DNA of 64,000 nucleotides from Candidatus Multivorans sp. GTDB taxonomy: Bacteria; Acidobacteriota; Thermoanaerobaculia; Multivoradales; Multivoraceae. Of this stretch, positions 1-11,080 are shown in pieces. The stretch spans positions 960,001 through 1,024,000 of the forward strand of contig OZ245033.1 of assembly GCA_965224025.1 (NCBI GenBank), given 5' to 3'. Position 1 is the first letter of the stretch. Each line of letters opens with the position of its first letter. Made by a program: the position numbers and the translations under genes. The notes under the pieces were generated by a model. It saw nothing but the letters and a program-made list of their open reading frames with translations. It ran no database searches and was not told where the DNA came from.

Positions 1-35
1 GTGAACCTGGCGGATAGGATCGCGACGATCGACCG

Positions 36-320
36 ATGACTCGACCAATCGAAGTCAGACCCCGCAGCGGCTGCAAGCTCTGGCTCCGCTTTTCCGACGG
101 CGCGGAGGGCATCCTCGACCTCTCCCGCCTTGCCGGCAGGGGCGCCTTCCGCTGCTGGGACGCCGCGGACGCCTTCGAAGCGGTTCGTGTAGCCGAGCAC
201 GGCGCCGTCGTGTGGGGGGATGACGTGGAACTATGCCCCGACGCGCTGTACCTCCAGGTCACCGGCAAGGCGGTCGACGACTTGATGTCTGAAACCGCTC
301 ATCTCCTGAGCGATGCCTGA
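36..320 (+). CDS. DUF2442 domain protein (antitoxin-like)
   Basis: 94 aa with the pattern LWLRFSDG...GAVVWGDDVELCPDALY typical of DUF2442. ATGA overlap with an upstream ORF ending at 39; overlaps the drmD start. Confidence 0.8.
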   Translation: MTRPIEVRPRSGCKLWLRFSDGAEGILDLSRLAGRGAFRCWDAADAFEAVRVAEHGAVVWGDDVELCPDALYLQVTGKAVDDLMSETAHLLSDA

Positions 321-3300
321 AGGCCTGGAAGAGAGCGAGCATCTGCAGCCGCCAGTACCGCCATCCATACCCCGCGTCGGCATGCTCGCCCGCGTCCGCA
401 ACCGCCGCGGCATCGTCGCCAGCGTCAACCCATACGACGACGGCGAAACCGGCGTCCTGCATCTCGTGCAGGTCGACTACAAGGGCCACGACGCGCCGCA
501 CAGCGAGCGCCTCCTGTGGGAACTCGAACCTGGCCGCGAGCTGCTCGAACCGAGCCGGTTGCCCCGGATTCGCGAGAGTTCGCCGATGCCGGCCGAGGAC
601 TTCGACGCCCTGCTGCGCGCCGCGCGCTGGACGGCGCTCACACCCTACGTGGACCCCGACGGCGACGGTCCGCTCGACCGCCAGCCGGTGTCGAGCCCCC
701 TGCACAGCGGGGTCCGGGTCGAGGACTACCAGCTCGAACCGCTTCGGCGGGCGCTGCGAATGCCGCGCGTGAACCTCCTGATCGCCGACGACGTCGGCCT
801 CGGCAAGACGGTCGAGGCGGGGCTCATCCTCAAGGAACTCCTGCTGCGCCGCCGCATCCGTCGGGTGCTCGTCCTGGCGCCGGCGGCGCTGCGCCTGCAG
901 TGGCGCGACGAACTCCTCGACAAGTTCGCGTTGCCGTTCGAGATCGTCGACCGGGGACGCACCGAGAACCTGCGCCGGGAACTGGGCATCGACGCGAATC
1001 CCTGGCGCTCGTTCAGCCGCATCGTCGCCTCCTACCACTACCTGCGCCAGCCCGACATCCAGGAGCAGTTCCTCGCAGCCAGCCGTGCCCGGGAGGGTTC
1101 GCCTCATCTCCCCTGGGATCTCCTGATCGTAGACGAGTGCCACAACTTGATGCCCTCTCCGTTCGGCGACGACAGCGAGCTGTGCCAAATGCTGCGCCGG
1201 ATCGCCCCGTGCTTCGAGCACCGGCTCTTCCTCTCCGCCACGCCGCACAACGGTCACACTCGCTCCTTCACCGGCCTGCTGGAGATCCTCGACCCCGTGC
1301 GGTTCAGCCGGACCGACGAAATGACCGACGTCCAGCGACGCCGCGCCCGCCAATTGGTCATTCGCCGCCTCAAGCGCGAACTGAACCAGCAGAGCGCCTC
1401 GCCCCGCTTCTGCGAGCGAAGACAGCCGACGCCCCTGCTGCTCCACCGCGACCCGCGGGAGGCCGCCCTTTCCACCGCCTTCGCCGCCTTCCGCACCGCC
1501 GTGCGCCGCGCCATCGCAGCCGGCGACGCCGGCGAACGGGCGGGTACCTTCGCCATCGAAATCCTGGGTAAACGCCTGCTCTCCTGCCCGACCGCCTTCG
1601 CCGACTCCTGGCGCCGGACGCGCGACGGCTACGCGCGCGCCGAGCAGGCCGCCGACGCCGCGACGGACGCCGATGTCGCGGCGGCGAAGCGCTCCGTCGA
1701 GCGGGAAACGTCCGACGACCGGGAGACCGAGCAACGGACCGGCACGGCGGCCGGCGTCGTCGGCGCCTGGCTGCGCAACGTCGCGAACTCCGTGGAAGGC
1801 GAGATGACCGCCATCGACGCCGCGCTGGCCGACCTCGGCTTCGTTGCCGAAGGCCCGCCGGCAGTCGAACAGGACCCGACCGCCGACGCCCGGCTCGCCG
1901 CGCTGGCCGAGCTGATCGAGCGGCGCCTGCTTCTCCCTGACCGGCCGGGCGAAGCACCGGCCTTCCGCGACGACGAACGGCTCGTCGTCTTCACCGAGTA
2001 CAAGACGACCCTGGACTACCTCGCACGCCGGCTGCGCGAACACTACGACGCGAACGGCCAGACCGCCCCCCGCGTGCTCACCCTCTTCGGCGCCGGCGGC
2101 CAGGACGGCATGGACGACGCCGCCCGCGAACGCGTCCGCGAAGCCTTCAACGATCCCGACTCCGCCGTACGCATCCTGGTGGCGACCGACGCCGCGTCCG
2201 AGGGGCTCAACCTCCATCGCAGCGCCCGCTACCTCCTGCACTACGACTGCCCCTGGAATCCGTCGCGCCTGGAGCAGAGAAACGGCCGCCTCGACCGCTA
2301 CGGCCAGGCCCGCGACGTGACCGTGCATCACTTCCTGAGCGACGACGACCCGGATCTCACGTTCCTCGACTACGTCATCCGCAAGGCGGACGAGATCCGG
2401 GAAGATCTCGGATCGGTCAACGAGCTGTTCGATACCGCCGCCCACAAGCGTCTCGTCGAAGGCGCCGATCCAGCCAGAGTCGAGTTCGAGCTGAGGCACG
2501 GGCTCACCGAGGAACGCGAACGGATGCGCGACCAGGGAATCCCCGGCCTCTTCGGCGGGACCGACGCTCGGCACGCCGGCGCCCCGACCGCATCCGGCAG
2601 CGCGCCCGATGTCCTCCTCCGCCAACTCGAACGCGAGATCGACTTCCACCCCGCGGCACTCAGGCAAACGCTTGAGACCGCGATGGCGATGACGGGCGGC
2701 CGACCGCAACTCGACCGCGTTCCGAGCCCCGGCGCCGGCGATACGAACGGCGCGGGCGGCTTCTGGCGCCTCCTCCACACCGACCTGCCCGGCTGGCGCG
2801 ACACGATCGACGAATCCCTGCGCATGGCCTCGCGCGACGGCCCCGCCCGGCGCCTCGCCTTCGACGCGAACTCCCTGCTCCGCCGAATCGGCGGCCGCGA
2901 CGTGTTCTCGCCGCGGCCCGAAGTCGCCCTGCTGCACCTGGCCCATCCCCTGATCGAGCGCGCCCTGCGGTCCCTGACCCAGCGGCGCCTGCCGGGCCCG
3001 GCCGAAGCGGCGCGCTGGACCGTGCGGCGAGGCGGCGTACCGCGCGGCATGGACGCCCTGATCCTGCTCAGCCTGGAAGAACTGGCGGTCAACGAGCTGC
3101 GCGAGACCTTCCACCACTGGGTGCGAACGCTCACCCTTCCCGTGCGAGGCGGCGGGCTCGAAGACCCCATGGCCCACGTGACGGCCCGAAACCTGGCCCG
3201 TAGCGGTAGCGGCGGCCAAGGCGACCGGGAAGCCCCTCAGCCCGCGTCGCCGACGCCCGCCGAACGGGAACAGGCGCGGGAGCTCTTCCTCCACGTCGAG

Positions 3301-3726
3301 GCCGACCTCGAAGCCGCGGTCACGCGACACGCCGAGGAACTGACCGACTCGCTCCAGGCGCAGTTGCAAACCGACGGCGCAAGCGCCCTGCGCGACGCCA
3401 ACGAGCGCTACCGGAGCCGGCAGGGCGAAGTCTCCGAGCTGATCGAACAGCAGAGCGTAAAGCGCCTCGAACGGGAGATCGCGACGCTCCGCCGCTCGCT
3501 CACCCAAGGCCGGCTCTTCGACCAGCGCCGCGACCTCGAGCGGATCGCCGACTCGATCCAGGAGAGGCAGCGGGAGATCGAGCGCCGCCGCCGCCACTAC
3601 GAGGACGCGCGCGAGCAGTTGGAGCGGGAGCGCCGGCGGATCGTCGATCGTCTGCTGCCGAAGCGCCACGCCCTGGCCGGCGAAGCGCAGGCGTTCCCGG
3701 TGACCGTCGAGGTGCGCCTGCCTTGA
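313..3726 (+). CDS. drmD: DISARM SNF2-like helicase DrmD
   Basis: 1137 aa. Motifs LLIADDVGLGKT, IVDECHN, LSATPHNG, TDAASEGLNL and PWNPSRLEQRNGRLDRYGQ; coiled-coil C-terminus; coupled (TTGA overlap) to a large adenine MTase gene. Confidence 0.88.
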   Translation: MPEGLEESEHLQPPVPPSIPRVGMLARVRNRRGIVASVNPYDDGETGVLHLVQVDYKGHDAPHSERLLWELEPGRELLEPSRLPRIRESSPMPAEDFDALLRAARWTALTPYVDPDGDGPLDRQPVSSPLHSGVRVEDYQLEPLRRALRMPRVNLLIADDVGLGKTVEAGLILKELLLRRRIRRVLVLAPAALRLQWRDELLDKFALPFEIVDRGRTENLRRELGIDANPWRSFSRIVASYHYLRQPDIQEQFLAASRAREGSPHLPWDLLIVDECHNLMPSPFGDDSELCQMLRRIAPCFEHRLFLSATPHNGHTRSFTGLLEILDPVRFSRTDEMTDVQRRRARQLVIRRLKRELNQQSASPRFCERRQPTPLLLHRDPREAALSTAFAAFRTAVRRAIAAGDAGERAGTFAIEILGKRLLSCPTAFADSWRRTRDGYARAEQAADAATDADVAAAKRSVERETSDDRETEQRTGTAAGVVGAWLRNVANSVEGEMTAIDAALADLGFVAEGPPAVEQDPTADARLAALAELIERRLLLPDRPGEAPAFRDDERLVVFTEYKTTLDYLARRLREHYDANGQTAPRVLTLFGAGGQDGMDDAARERVREAFNDPDSAVRILVATDAASEGLNLHRSARYLLHYDCPWNPSRLEQRNGRLDRYGQARDVTVHHFLSDDDPDLTFLDYVIRKADEIREDLGSVNELFDTAAHKRLVEGADPARVEFELRHGLTEERERMRDQGIPGLFGGTDARHAGAPTASGSAPDVLLRQLEREIDFHPAALRQTLETAMAMTGGRPQLDRVPSPGAGDTNGAGGFWRLLHTDLPGWRDTIDESLRMASRDGPARRLAFDANSLLRRIGGRDVFSPRPEVALLHLAHPLIERALRSLTQRRLPGPAEAARWTVRRGGVPRGMDALILLSLEELAVNELRETFHHWVRTLTLPVRGGGLEDPMAHVTARNLARSGSGGQGDREAPQPASPTPAEREQARELFLHVEADLEAAVTRHAEELTDSLQAQLQTDGASALRDANERYRSRQGEVSELIEQQSVKRLEREIATLRRSLTQGRLFDQRRDLERIADSIQERQREIERRRRHYEDAREQLERERRRIVDRLLPKRHALAGEAQAFPVTVEVRLP

Positions 3727-6700
3727 GCAACCCGCAGACCGGCAACCGGCGGTCCGGCGGCGCCGCGACCGGCGGCGCCGACCTGGACGGCTGGAGCGAC
3801 CTGCGCCACGGCGGCCTGCTGCTGGACGCGCAGCGCCAGAGCGAGATCGCCGCACTCCCTCCGCCCGCCGCCCCGGACGCCTGGCTCCAAAGCGAACTCC
3901 GGCGGCGCTCCGAACTGCTGCGCGACACCGACCCGAACCGTCAGCGTCGCGAGGCGCCGGAGTTTGTCGCCTTCGTGCTGGAGCGCCTCTGCGGCTTCGG
4001 GCCCGACAGCGGCTCGTGGCTGCGTGGCAACCGCGTGCCGGCCGAGTGGCGCCGCCGCGCTACGACCGGCGAGAGCGTCCGCCCGCGCCAGCTCTGGCTC
4101 GGCCCCAACGGCGCCGTCTTGCCCGTCTTCGTCACGAACGACAAGCGCGTCGGCATCGGCCGCGGACGGCGCGAAACGAGCCGCGTCCTCGGCTGGCTGC
4201 GCGCCGGCGCCGAACGCCTCGCCCTGGTGACGAACGGACGCCAGTGGCGGCTCCTGTTCGCCGGCCTCGACTTCGACGCCTGGTGCGAGTGGGACGCCGA
4301 CCTCTGGTTCGCCGAGGGCGCGCCGTCGCCGGCCTTGAAGGCGCTGCTCACCCTGATCCGGCCAGCCCTGTGGACGCCGGGCGAAGGCGCCGACCCGCCG
4401 CTTCTGCGCGCCGTCCGCGACAGCCGCAAGGGCCAGTCCGAACTTTCGGAGGCGCTCGGCGAGCGCGTGCGCGAGGCCGTCGAACTGCTGATCCAGAGCC
4501 ACGGGGAAGCGCTGAAGCGCGACTGCGCGGCCGTCGATCCGGCGAACATCTACCGGGCAGCCTGCCGCGTCGTCATGCGCCTGGTCGTCATCCTGTTCGC
4601 CGAGGCGCGAGGCCTCCTGCCGCGGGACGACGCCGTGTACCACGCGGGCTACGGGCTCGGCGGCCTGCAAGAGGCCCTCGGACGGCGCGTGGCGGCCGGC
4701 CGCCTCCGCGCCCACGGCCACGGCGCATGGCCGCGCCTGCTGGCGCTGTTCCGCCTAGTCCGCGAAGGGTCGCACCACGAAGGCCTGCCGGTGCCCGCGT
4801 ATGGCGGAGACCTGTCGCCCCCGGCTCTCCCGACAGCGAGGACGGCCTCTCCCGCGCCCTGGCCGCCTTCGAGACCGCCTGCCTGCGCGACGAAGTGCTC
4901 CCCGACGCCCAGGTTCACGACCTGCTGGAGCGCCTGACCCGCACCCACGTCCGCATCCGCCAGGGCCGCGGCAGCCGCCTGGTCTCGGCGCCGGTCGACT
5001 TCTCCGACCTCTCCACCGAGTACATCGGCGTGCTCTACGAGGGCCTGCTCGACTACGAACTGAAGACCGCGCCTGGCGACGACCCAATCATCTTCCTCGC
5101 CGTCGGCGAGCAGCCGGCCCTGCCCCTGTCCCGCCTGGAGGCAATGGACGACAAGGCCCTCCGCAGCCTCTTCGCGGCGATGAAGAAGTCCACCGGCAGC
5201 GCCGACGCCACATCCGCCCACAGCGACACCGAGTCAACGCCAGTAGAGAAGCAAGCCCCCTCCGACGCCGTATCTCTGGGTGCGCGGACCCGTAGCCGCG
5301 GGTCTTCTGACCCGCGGGAAGAACGTGCAATGCCGCGAAACGGTGAGCCCGAGCCGAACCCCGACAACACCACCGAAGACCCCCGCCAGGCCACCCGCAC
5401 CCGCGCCGAAGCCTGGGCCCGCCGCGCCGCTCAAGCCGCCGGCCTCGTCAAGAAACCCCGCCGCCCCAAGTCGCAAACCACCATCCTCTCCGCCCGGCAA
5501 GCCCACGAACAGGAACTCGCCAAACGCGCCGCCAGCCTCGTCAGCCGCGTCGTCCTCCCCGGCGAGTGGTACCTCGTCCGCTGGGGCGGCACCCGCAAGG
5601 GCTCCGGCAGCTTCTACACCCGGCCCGGCCTCACCGTGCCCACCGCCCAGCGCACCCTGCGCCCGCTCGCCTACGAGCCGCCCACCGGCGCCGACAACGA
5701 GCCCGACCGCGACGCGACGCCCTCCGCCTGGACGCCCAAGCGCCCCGAGGACATCCTGAGCCTCAAGGTCTGCGACCCGCCTGCGGTTCCGGCAGCTTCC
5801 CGCTCGCGGCCCTCCGCTTCCTGACCGACGCCCTCTACGCCTCCGTCCAACACCACGAGCGCATCGAGCAGCAGGACAACCGCTCCCTCGTCCGCCTCCT
5901 CGGCCTGGACGCTACAGCGCCGGCCCTGGGAACGCGGGCATCCCTGCCCGCATCCGGCGCAAAGCGCCGGGCGCGCTCCGACGGCGACGCCCCGAGGCGC
6001 CCGGACGTCGAGAGCCCCGGCGACTCATCCCCTGCCCGCCCGACGCCGACGACTTCGAGCCCCGCCTCAAGGCGGTGCTCCGCCGCTACGTCGTCGAACG
6101 CTGCATCTACGGCGTCGACCTGGACCCACTCGCCGTCTCGCTCTGCCAGCTCTCCCTGTGGATAGAGACGATGGACCGCGACCTGCCGTTCTCCTTCCTC
6201 GACCACAAGATCCGCTGCGGCAACTCCCTCGTCGGCGCCTGGTTCGACCAGTTCCAGCACTACCCCGCAATGGCCTGGAAGAACCGCGAAGCCGGCGACA
6301 AGACCCACTCGAACGGCGTCCACCACGAGAAGGGCGCCGGGACGAAGGCGATCAAGGCCTTCGTCAAGAACGATCTGACCCCGGATCTCCGCCACGTCCT
6401 GGAAGGCCGCACCCTCTTCCACGAAGACCTGCTCGACCAGGCGACCGCCGTCCACCGGCAGGCGCTCGAATCCCTGGAGCGAATGCACCGCCTGCCGATC
6501 CAGGACTCCGCCGCCCGCGCCCGCCTCTACCGCGAAGAACTGATCGGCTCAACCGAGTGGCGCTCCCTCAAGCAGGCGATGGACCTGTGGTGCGCCTGCT
6601 GGTTCTGGCCCGCCGACGAGCTGGACCGCGCGCCTCTGCCCACGACCTTCGCCGATCCGTCGCCAGAGACCCGCGCAGCGGCCGCCCGCATCGCCGCCGA

Positions 6701-9286
6701 GATGCGCTTCTTCCACTGGGAACTCGAGTTCCCGGACGTGTTCCGCGCACCCGACGCCGGATTCGACGCCATGCTCGGAAACCCGCCGTGGGACATCGCC
6801 AAGCCCAAGTCGCAGGAGTTCTTCTCCAACATCGACCCGCTCTACCGCTCCTACGGCAAGCAGGAGGCCGTGCGCCGCCAGAAGAAGTTCTTCACCGAAG
6901 ACGAGGCGAGTGAGCGCGACTGGCTCGACTACAACGCCCGCTTCCGCGCCCAGTCCAACTTCGTGACCTGCGCCGCCTCCCCCTTCGGTGACCCGGAAGA
7001 GAACGACAAGAGCCAGCGCCGCTTCGCCGTCGCCCGCGGCAAAGCGAACCTCGGCCTGCACGACCGCTGGCGCGAAGCGCGCCGCCGCTCAGGCGGCTAC
7101 GCCGACGCCGACCACTCCTTCAGACACCAGGGCTCGGCCGACCTGAACCTCTACAAGCTGTTCCTTGAGCAGGTCCACGCCCTGCTCAGGGCCGGCGGCC
7201 GGCTCGGCTTCGTCGTGCCTTCCGGCCTCCAGGGCACCGGCGCCCTGCGCGACCTGTTCCTCAAGCGCTGCAAGTGGGAATGGCTGTTCGGCTTCGAGAA
7301 CCGGGCCAAGCTGTTCCCGATCGACAGCCGATTCAAGTTCAACCCCGTCATCGTCCAGAAAGGCGGCGCCACCGAAGCCATCCGCACCGTCTTCATGCGC
7401 CGCGACCTAACCGACTGGGAGCGGGCGGAGCAGTTCGCCGTCCCCTACAGCCGCGAGCAGGTCCTCCAGTTCAGCCCCAAGAGCCGAGCGATCCTGGAAA
7501 TCGAATCCCGCCGCGACCTGGAAATCCTCGAGAAGATCTACAAGAACTCCGTCCTCCTCGGCGACGACGGCCCCGATGGCTGGGGCATCCGCTACGCACG
7601 CGAGTTCGACATGACGAACGACTCGAAGCTCTTCCCGCCCCGCCCCCAGTGGGAAGCGAAGGGCTACCGCCCCGACGAGTACAGCCGCTGGCTCCTGGGT
7701 AACTGGCGCCCAATCGACGAACTCTGGGCCGAACTCGGCATCGACCCCGCCCGCCCTGAATCCGCCGCAATCGAACTCGAAGACTGGCTGTTCGATTCCG
7801 ACGCCGGCCCCGAGCGTCGCATGGCCGAACGCCAGTTCGTACACGGCCATCTGCTGGCACCCGGCGACGTCCAACGCACACACGCGCGCATCCGCTGCGC
7901 CCAACCGCCGTACGACCGCCTGCCCGTGCCCCGCGTCGCAATCCCCGAGGGCATCATCCTCTCGAGAGAGGCCGACGCCTGGATCGACGAGAAGGAGGTC
8001 AAGGACGTAGCGCTACCCCTCTACGAAGGCCGCATGATCGGCCAGTTCGACTTCAGCCAGAAAGGCTGGGTCAGCGGCAAGGGCAGGGGCGCCGTCTGGC
8101 GCGACATTCCGTGGGACCGGAAACAGATCGAGCCCCAGTATCTGATGGCAGAGGCGGACTATCGGCAGGGAGTGCCGGAGGCGGCTGCTCCGAAGCTGCT
8201 CCACATGCGCATCGCTTCAGGAACCAACGAGAGAACAGCCGTCGGCGCCTTCTGCCAAGGCGCACCCTCCGGCGACACCGCGGCGGCGCTCTACGCAGGG
8301 AGCACCGACGCAGTCCTGACCCTGACCTGCCTCCTCGACTCGTTCACGTTCGATTCAGTCACTCGCAACCGGCTTGCCGGACTTCACTTCGACTACCACG
8401 TCCTGGAGCAGAACCCGGTCCCGCTGCCCTCGCCTCAGCTTGAAGCCTCGATCCCCGTCGCCACCAGCCTGATGCTGACCTCACAGAGGGAGTCGCCAAG
8501 CCTGCTGCTCCTCACAGGCACTCCCTCGCCGCACGAACCTCGCCGGCCCTCGCCAACTGGGGCGCCGCCAAACCCGGCAGCCACCAGAGCGTGGCCTTCG
8601 CCCTGAGCCCACGCGAACGCGTCCGCGGGCGAGCCATAGCGGATGCGCTCGTCGCCACCCTCTACGGACTCGACGAGCCGGACTTCCGGAGCCTCCTGGC
8701 CGACTGCGACCATCCCCTCTCCACCGTTGCCAGCAGAAAGAGCTCGGAACTGAGAGGCACGGGCTTCTGGCGAGTCGACAAGGACAAGCCCCCCGAACTC
8801 CGCCACACCGTCCTGGCCCAGATCGCCTTCGCCGACCTCCTGCGCCACATCGACTCCGCCGGCGGCGACCGCGAAACCGGCATCCGGTCCTTCATGCTCC
8901 AGAACTACGGCGAAGGCTGGCACCTCCCCGAAACCCTCCGCCTAGCCGACTACAACCTCGGCCACGACAACCGCGCGAGAGAACGCCAGCCCGTCGCCAC
9001 CGAACTCGGCCCCCGCTTCCACGACTGGCAACTCGCCCAACCTCCGGAAGAAGCCCGGACTGAAACCCACCTCCACGCCCGCAACCTTCTCGGCGAACAC
9101 GCCTACCACCGCCTCCTCGCCGGCCTTGACCAGACCGGCCAAGACCAACCGGCCGAAACCGCCTACAATCTCAGGTCCCAAGTCGCCGAACAACGCCACC
9201 GCTGGGACAACTGGCTCGAACACACCGCCGATGATCCGAAGCCCCGAAAGCCATCCGATGCCGACCAACCTGACCTCTTCGACTAG
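3723..9286 (+). pseudogene. drmMI: DISARM DrmMI-like / Eco57I-type N6-adenine methyltransferase (~1850 aa), broken by four -1 frameshifts (real decay or sequencing indels)
   Basis: Fragments 3723-4937, 4016-5824, 5566-6165, 6075-8606 and 8591-9286 join into one protein. It has IGVLYEGLL, RKGSGSFYT, motif I D-P-[A]-CGSGSF split at ~5779, CIYGVDLDPLAV, motif IV GNPPW and DLNLYKLF. Confidence 0.8.
5924..5956 (+). repeat. REP-like palindromic element inside the drmMI coding sequence
   Basis: CCCTGGGAACGCGGGCATCCCTGCCCGCATCCG with a GCGGGCA/TGCCCGC stem. A near-identical inverted copy lies at 29555-29586. Confidence 0.75.
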
Positions 9287-9596
9287 CCAAGAAACGGGAG
9301 CGGATACTGAAGGGTCCTCGGCTCCAGACCCAGCAGCCAAGCCCGCGATAGCGACCCCACTCTTCCGGCCCGTCCCACAGAGACGGGGGCCAGCCGAAGG
9401 TCCCGAAACTGCATTCCAGTTCCTCGAGCGCGGAGCACGCAGGAAGGCGATTCCGATTCGTCACTGGATGGAGCACTCGTTCCGGGCACTCCCCACTGAC
9501 GCCAAACCTCGCCTGAAGCACCCCTCTCTGCCAACGTACGTGACACAGCGGGCATCCCGTTGAATAGTGGAGGGCACGCGTTGGCAAGGAGGATCA

Positions 9597-10082
9597 ATGT
9601 CAAGACGAGAGCAGAGGTTTGGCGGCGGCTCGGAGCTCCCGGCCGCGGGGGTTGAGGAGCGTAGCGACGAGGCCCCCGCGGCCGGCGCGGCGTCCGCGGG
9701 GGGCGTTCCCGACCCGGAGGTCGTAGCGAAGCCGACCCGACGGCAGTTCACGGCGGAGTACCGGCTGCGGATTCTGGAGGAAGCGGATCGATGCACCCAC
9801 CGCGGCGAGGTGGGTCGGCTGTTGCGGCGAGAGGGTCTGTACAGCTCCCATCTGGCCAACTGGCGCAAGGCGCGGCGCGAGGGCGCGCTTTCCGGTCTGA
9901 GGCCGAAGAAGCGGGGCCGCAAGCCTGTCGAGGCCAACCCTCTGATGCCGAAGGTGAAGCGGCTGGAAGCGAAGGTCAAGCGGCTCGAGAGGGAAGTCGC
10001 CGCCGCGCACACGATCCTGGACGTCCAGGGAAAAGTTGCAGGGCTGCTGGGATTCAGCCTCGAAGACGGGAAGGACTGCTGA
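9597..10082 (+). CDS. IS3 transposase OrfA (HTH)
   Basis: RRQFTAEYRLRILEEAD...LLRREGLYSSHLANWR; candidate -1 slippery site GGGAAAA at ~10028-10034. Confidence 0.88.
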   Translation: MSRREQRFGGGSELPAAGVEERSDEAPAAGAASAGGVPDPEVVAKPTRRQFTAEYRLRILEEADRCTHRGEVGRLLRREGLYSSHLANWRKARREGALSGLRPKKRGRKPVEANPLMPKVKRLEAKVKRLEREVAAAHTILDVQGKVAGLLGFSLEDGKDC

Positions 10083-11080
10083 TGGCGGCAAGGTCCCTGG
10101 CCCGGCAGGTCGGCATCGCGCCGGCGTGCCGGGCGCTGGGCGTGTCGCGATCGACCTTCTATCGTCGTGCGAGGCCCGCTCCCGGGCGACGGCAGCCCCG
10201 CCCCACGCCTGCCCGGGCACTGAGCCAGATCGAGCGGAAACGGGTCGAGGCCACGCTTGCGTCGCCGCGTTTCGTCGATCGTTCGCCGGGAGAAGTGGTG
10301 GCCACCCTGCTCGACGAGGGCCGCTACCTGTGCTCGGAGCGCACGATGTACCGCATCCTCGAAGCGAACCACCCCGTGAGGGACCGCCGCAATCAGCGCG
10401 TCCATCCGTCGTACGCCAAGCCGGAGTTGGTCGCTGTCGCGCCCAACCAGGTCTGGTCGTGGGACATCACCAGGCTGCTCGGACCGCAGACCTGGACCTA
10501 CTACTACCTCTACGTCCTGCTTGACCTCTTCAGCCGCTACGCGGTCGGCTGGATGGTCGCCGACCGCGAGAACTCCGCGCTCGCCCAAAGGCTCATCGAG
10601 GAGACCCGCCTCAAGCACGGCGTCAAGCCCCATGTCCTGACCCTGCATTCCGATCGAGGCGCCCCCATGACCAGCCAGGGCACCGCCCAACTGCTCGCCC
10701 GCCTCGGCGTGAACCGCTCCCTGGGCCGACCGCGGGTCAGCGACGACAACCCCTACTCCGAAGCACAGTTCAAGACCCTCAAGTACCACCCCGACTTCCC
10801 CAGCCGCTTCAACTGCCAGGACGCCGCGACCGACTACTGCAGGTCCTTCTTCCCCTGGTACAACACCGAACACCGCCATGCCGGCATCGCCATGCTGACT
10901 CCCCAGACCGTCCACTACGGCCGGGCGCAAGCCGTCATCGAGCAGCGCCAACGCACGCTGAGCGCCGCCTGGGAGAGCTCACCCGAACGATTCGTCGGCG
11001 GCCAACCGATGCACACGCCACTGCCCCGGGCCGTCTGGATCAACAAGCCCGACAACGAGACTGCAGAGACCACTCAGTAA
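10082..11080 (+). CDS. IS3 transposase OrfB (DDE integrase core)
   Basis: TGATG coupling with orfA; motifs NQVWSWDIT, LHSDRG and DNPYSEAQFKTLKY. Confidence 0.92.
   Translation: MAARSLARQVGIAPACRALGVSRSTFYRRARPAPGRRQPRPTPARALSQIERKRVEATLASPRFVDRSPGEVVATLLDEGRYLCSERTMYRILEANHPVRDRRNQRVHPSYAKPELVAVAPNQVWSWDITRLLGPQTWTYYYLYVLLDLFSRYAVGWMVADRENSALAQRLIEETRLKHGVKPHVLTLHSDRGAPMTSQGTAQLLARLGVNRSLGRPRVSDDNPYSEAQFKTLKYHPDFPSRFNCQDAATDYCRSFFPWYNTEHRHAGIAMLTPQTVHYGRAQAVIEQRQRTLSAAWESSPERFVGGQPMHTPLPRAVWINKPDNETAETTQ

Noticed and set aside
259-3855. Very long antisense or alternate-frame ORFs (e.g. 259-3855, 25258-29217, 42289-45195, 53805-57650, 59793-61796)
   Set aside because: Shadow ORFs of real genes in high-GC DNA; no recognisable motifs.
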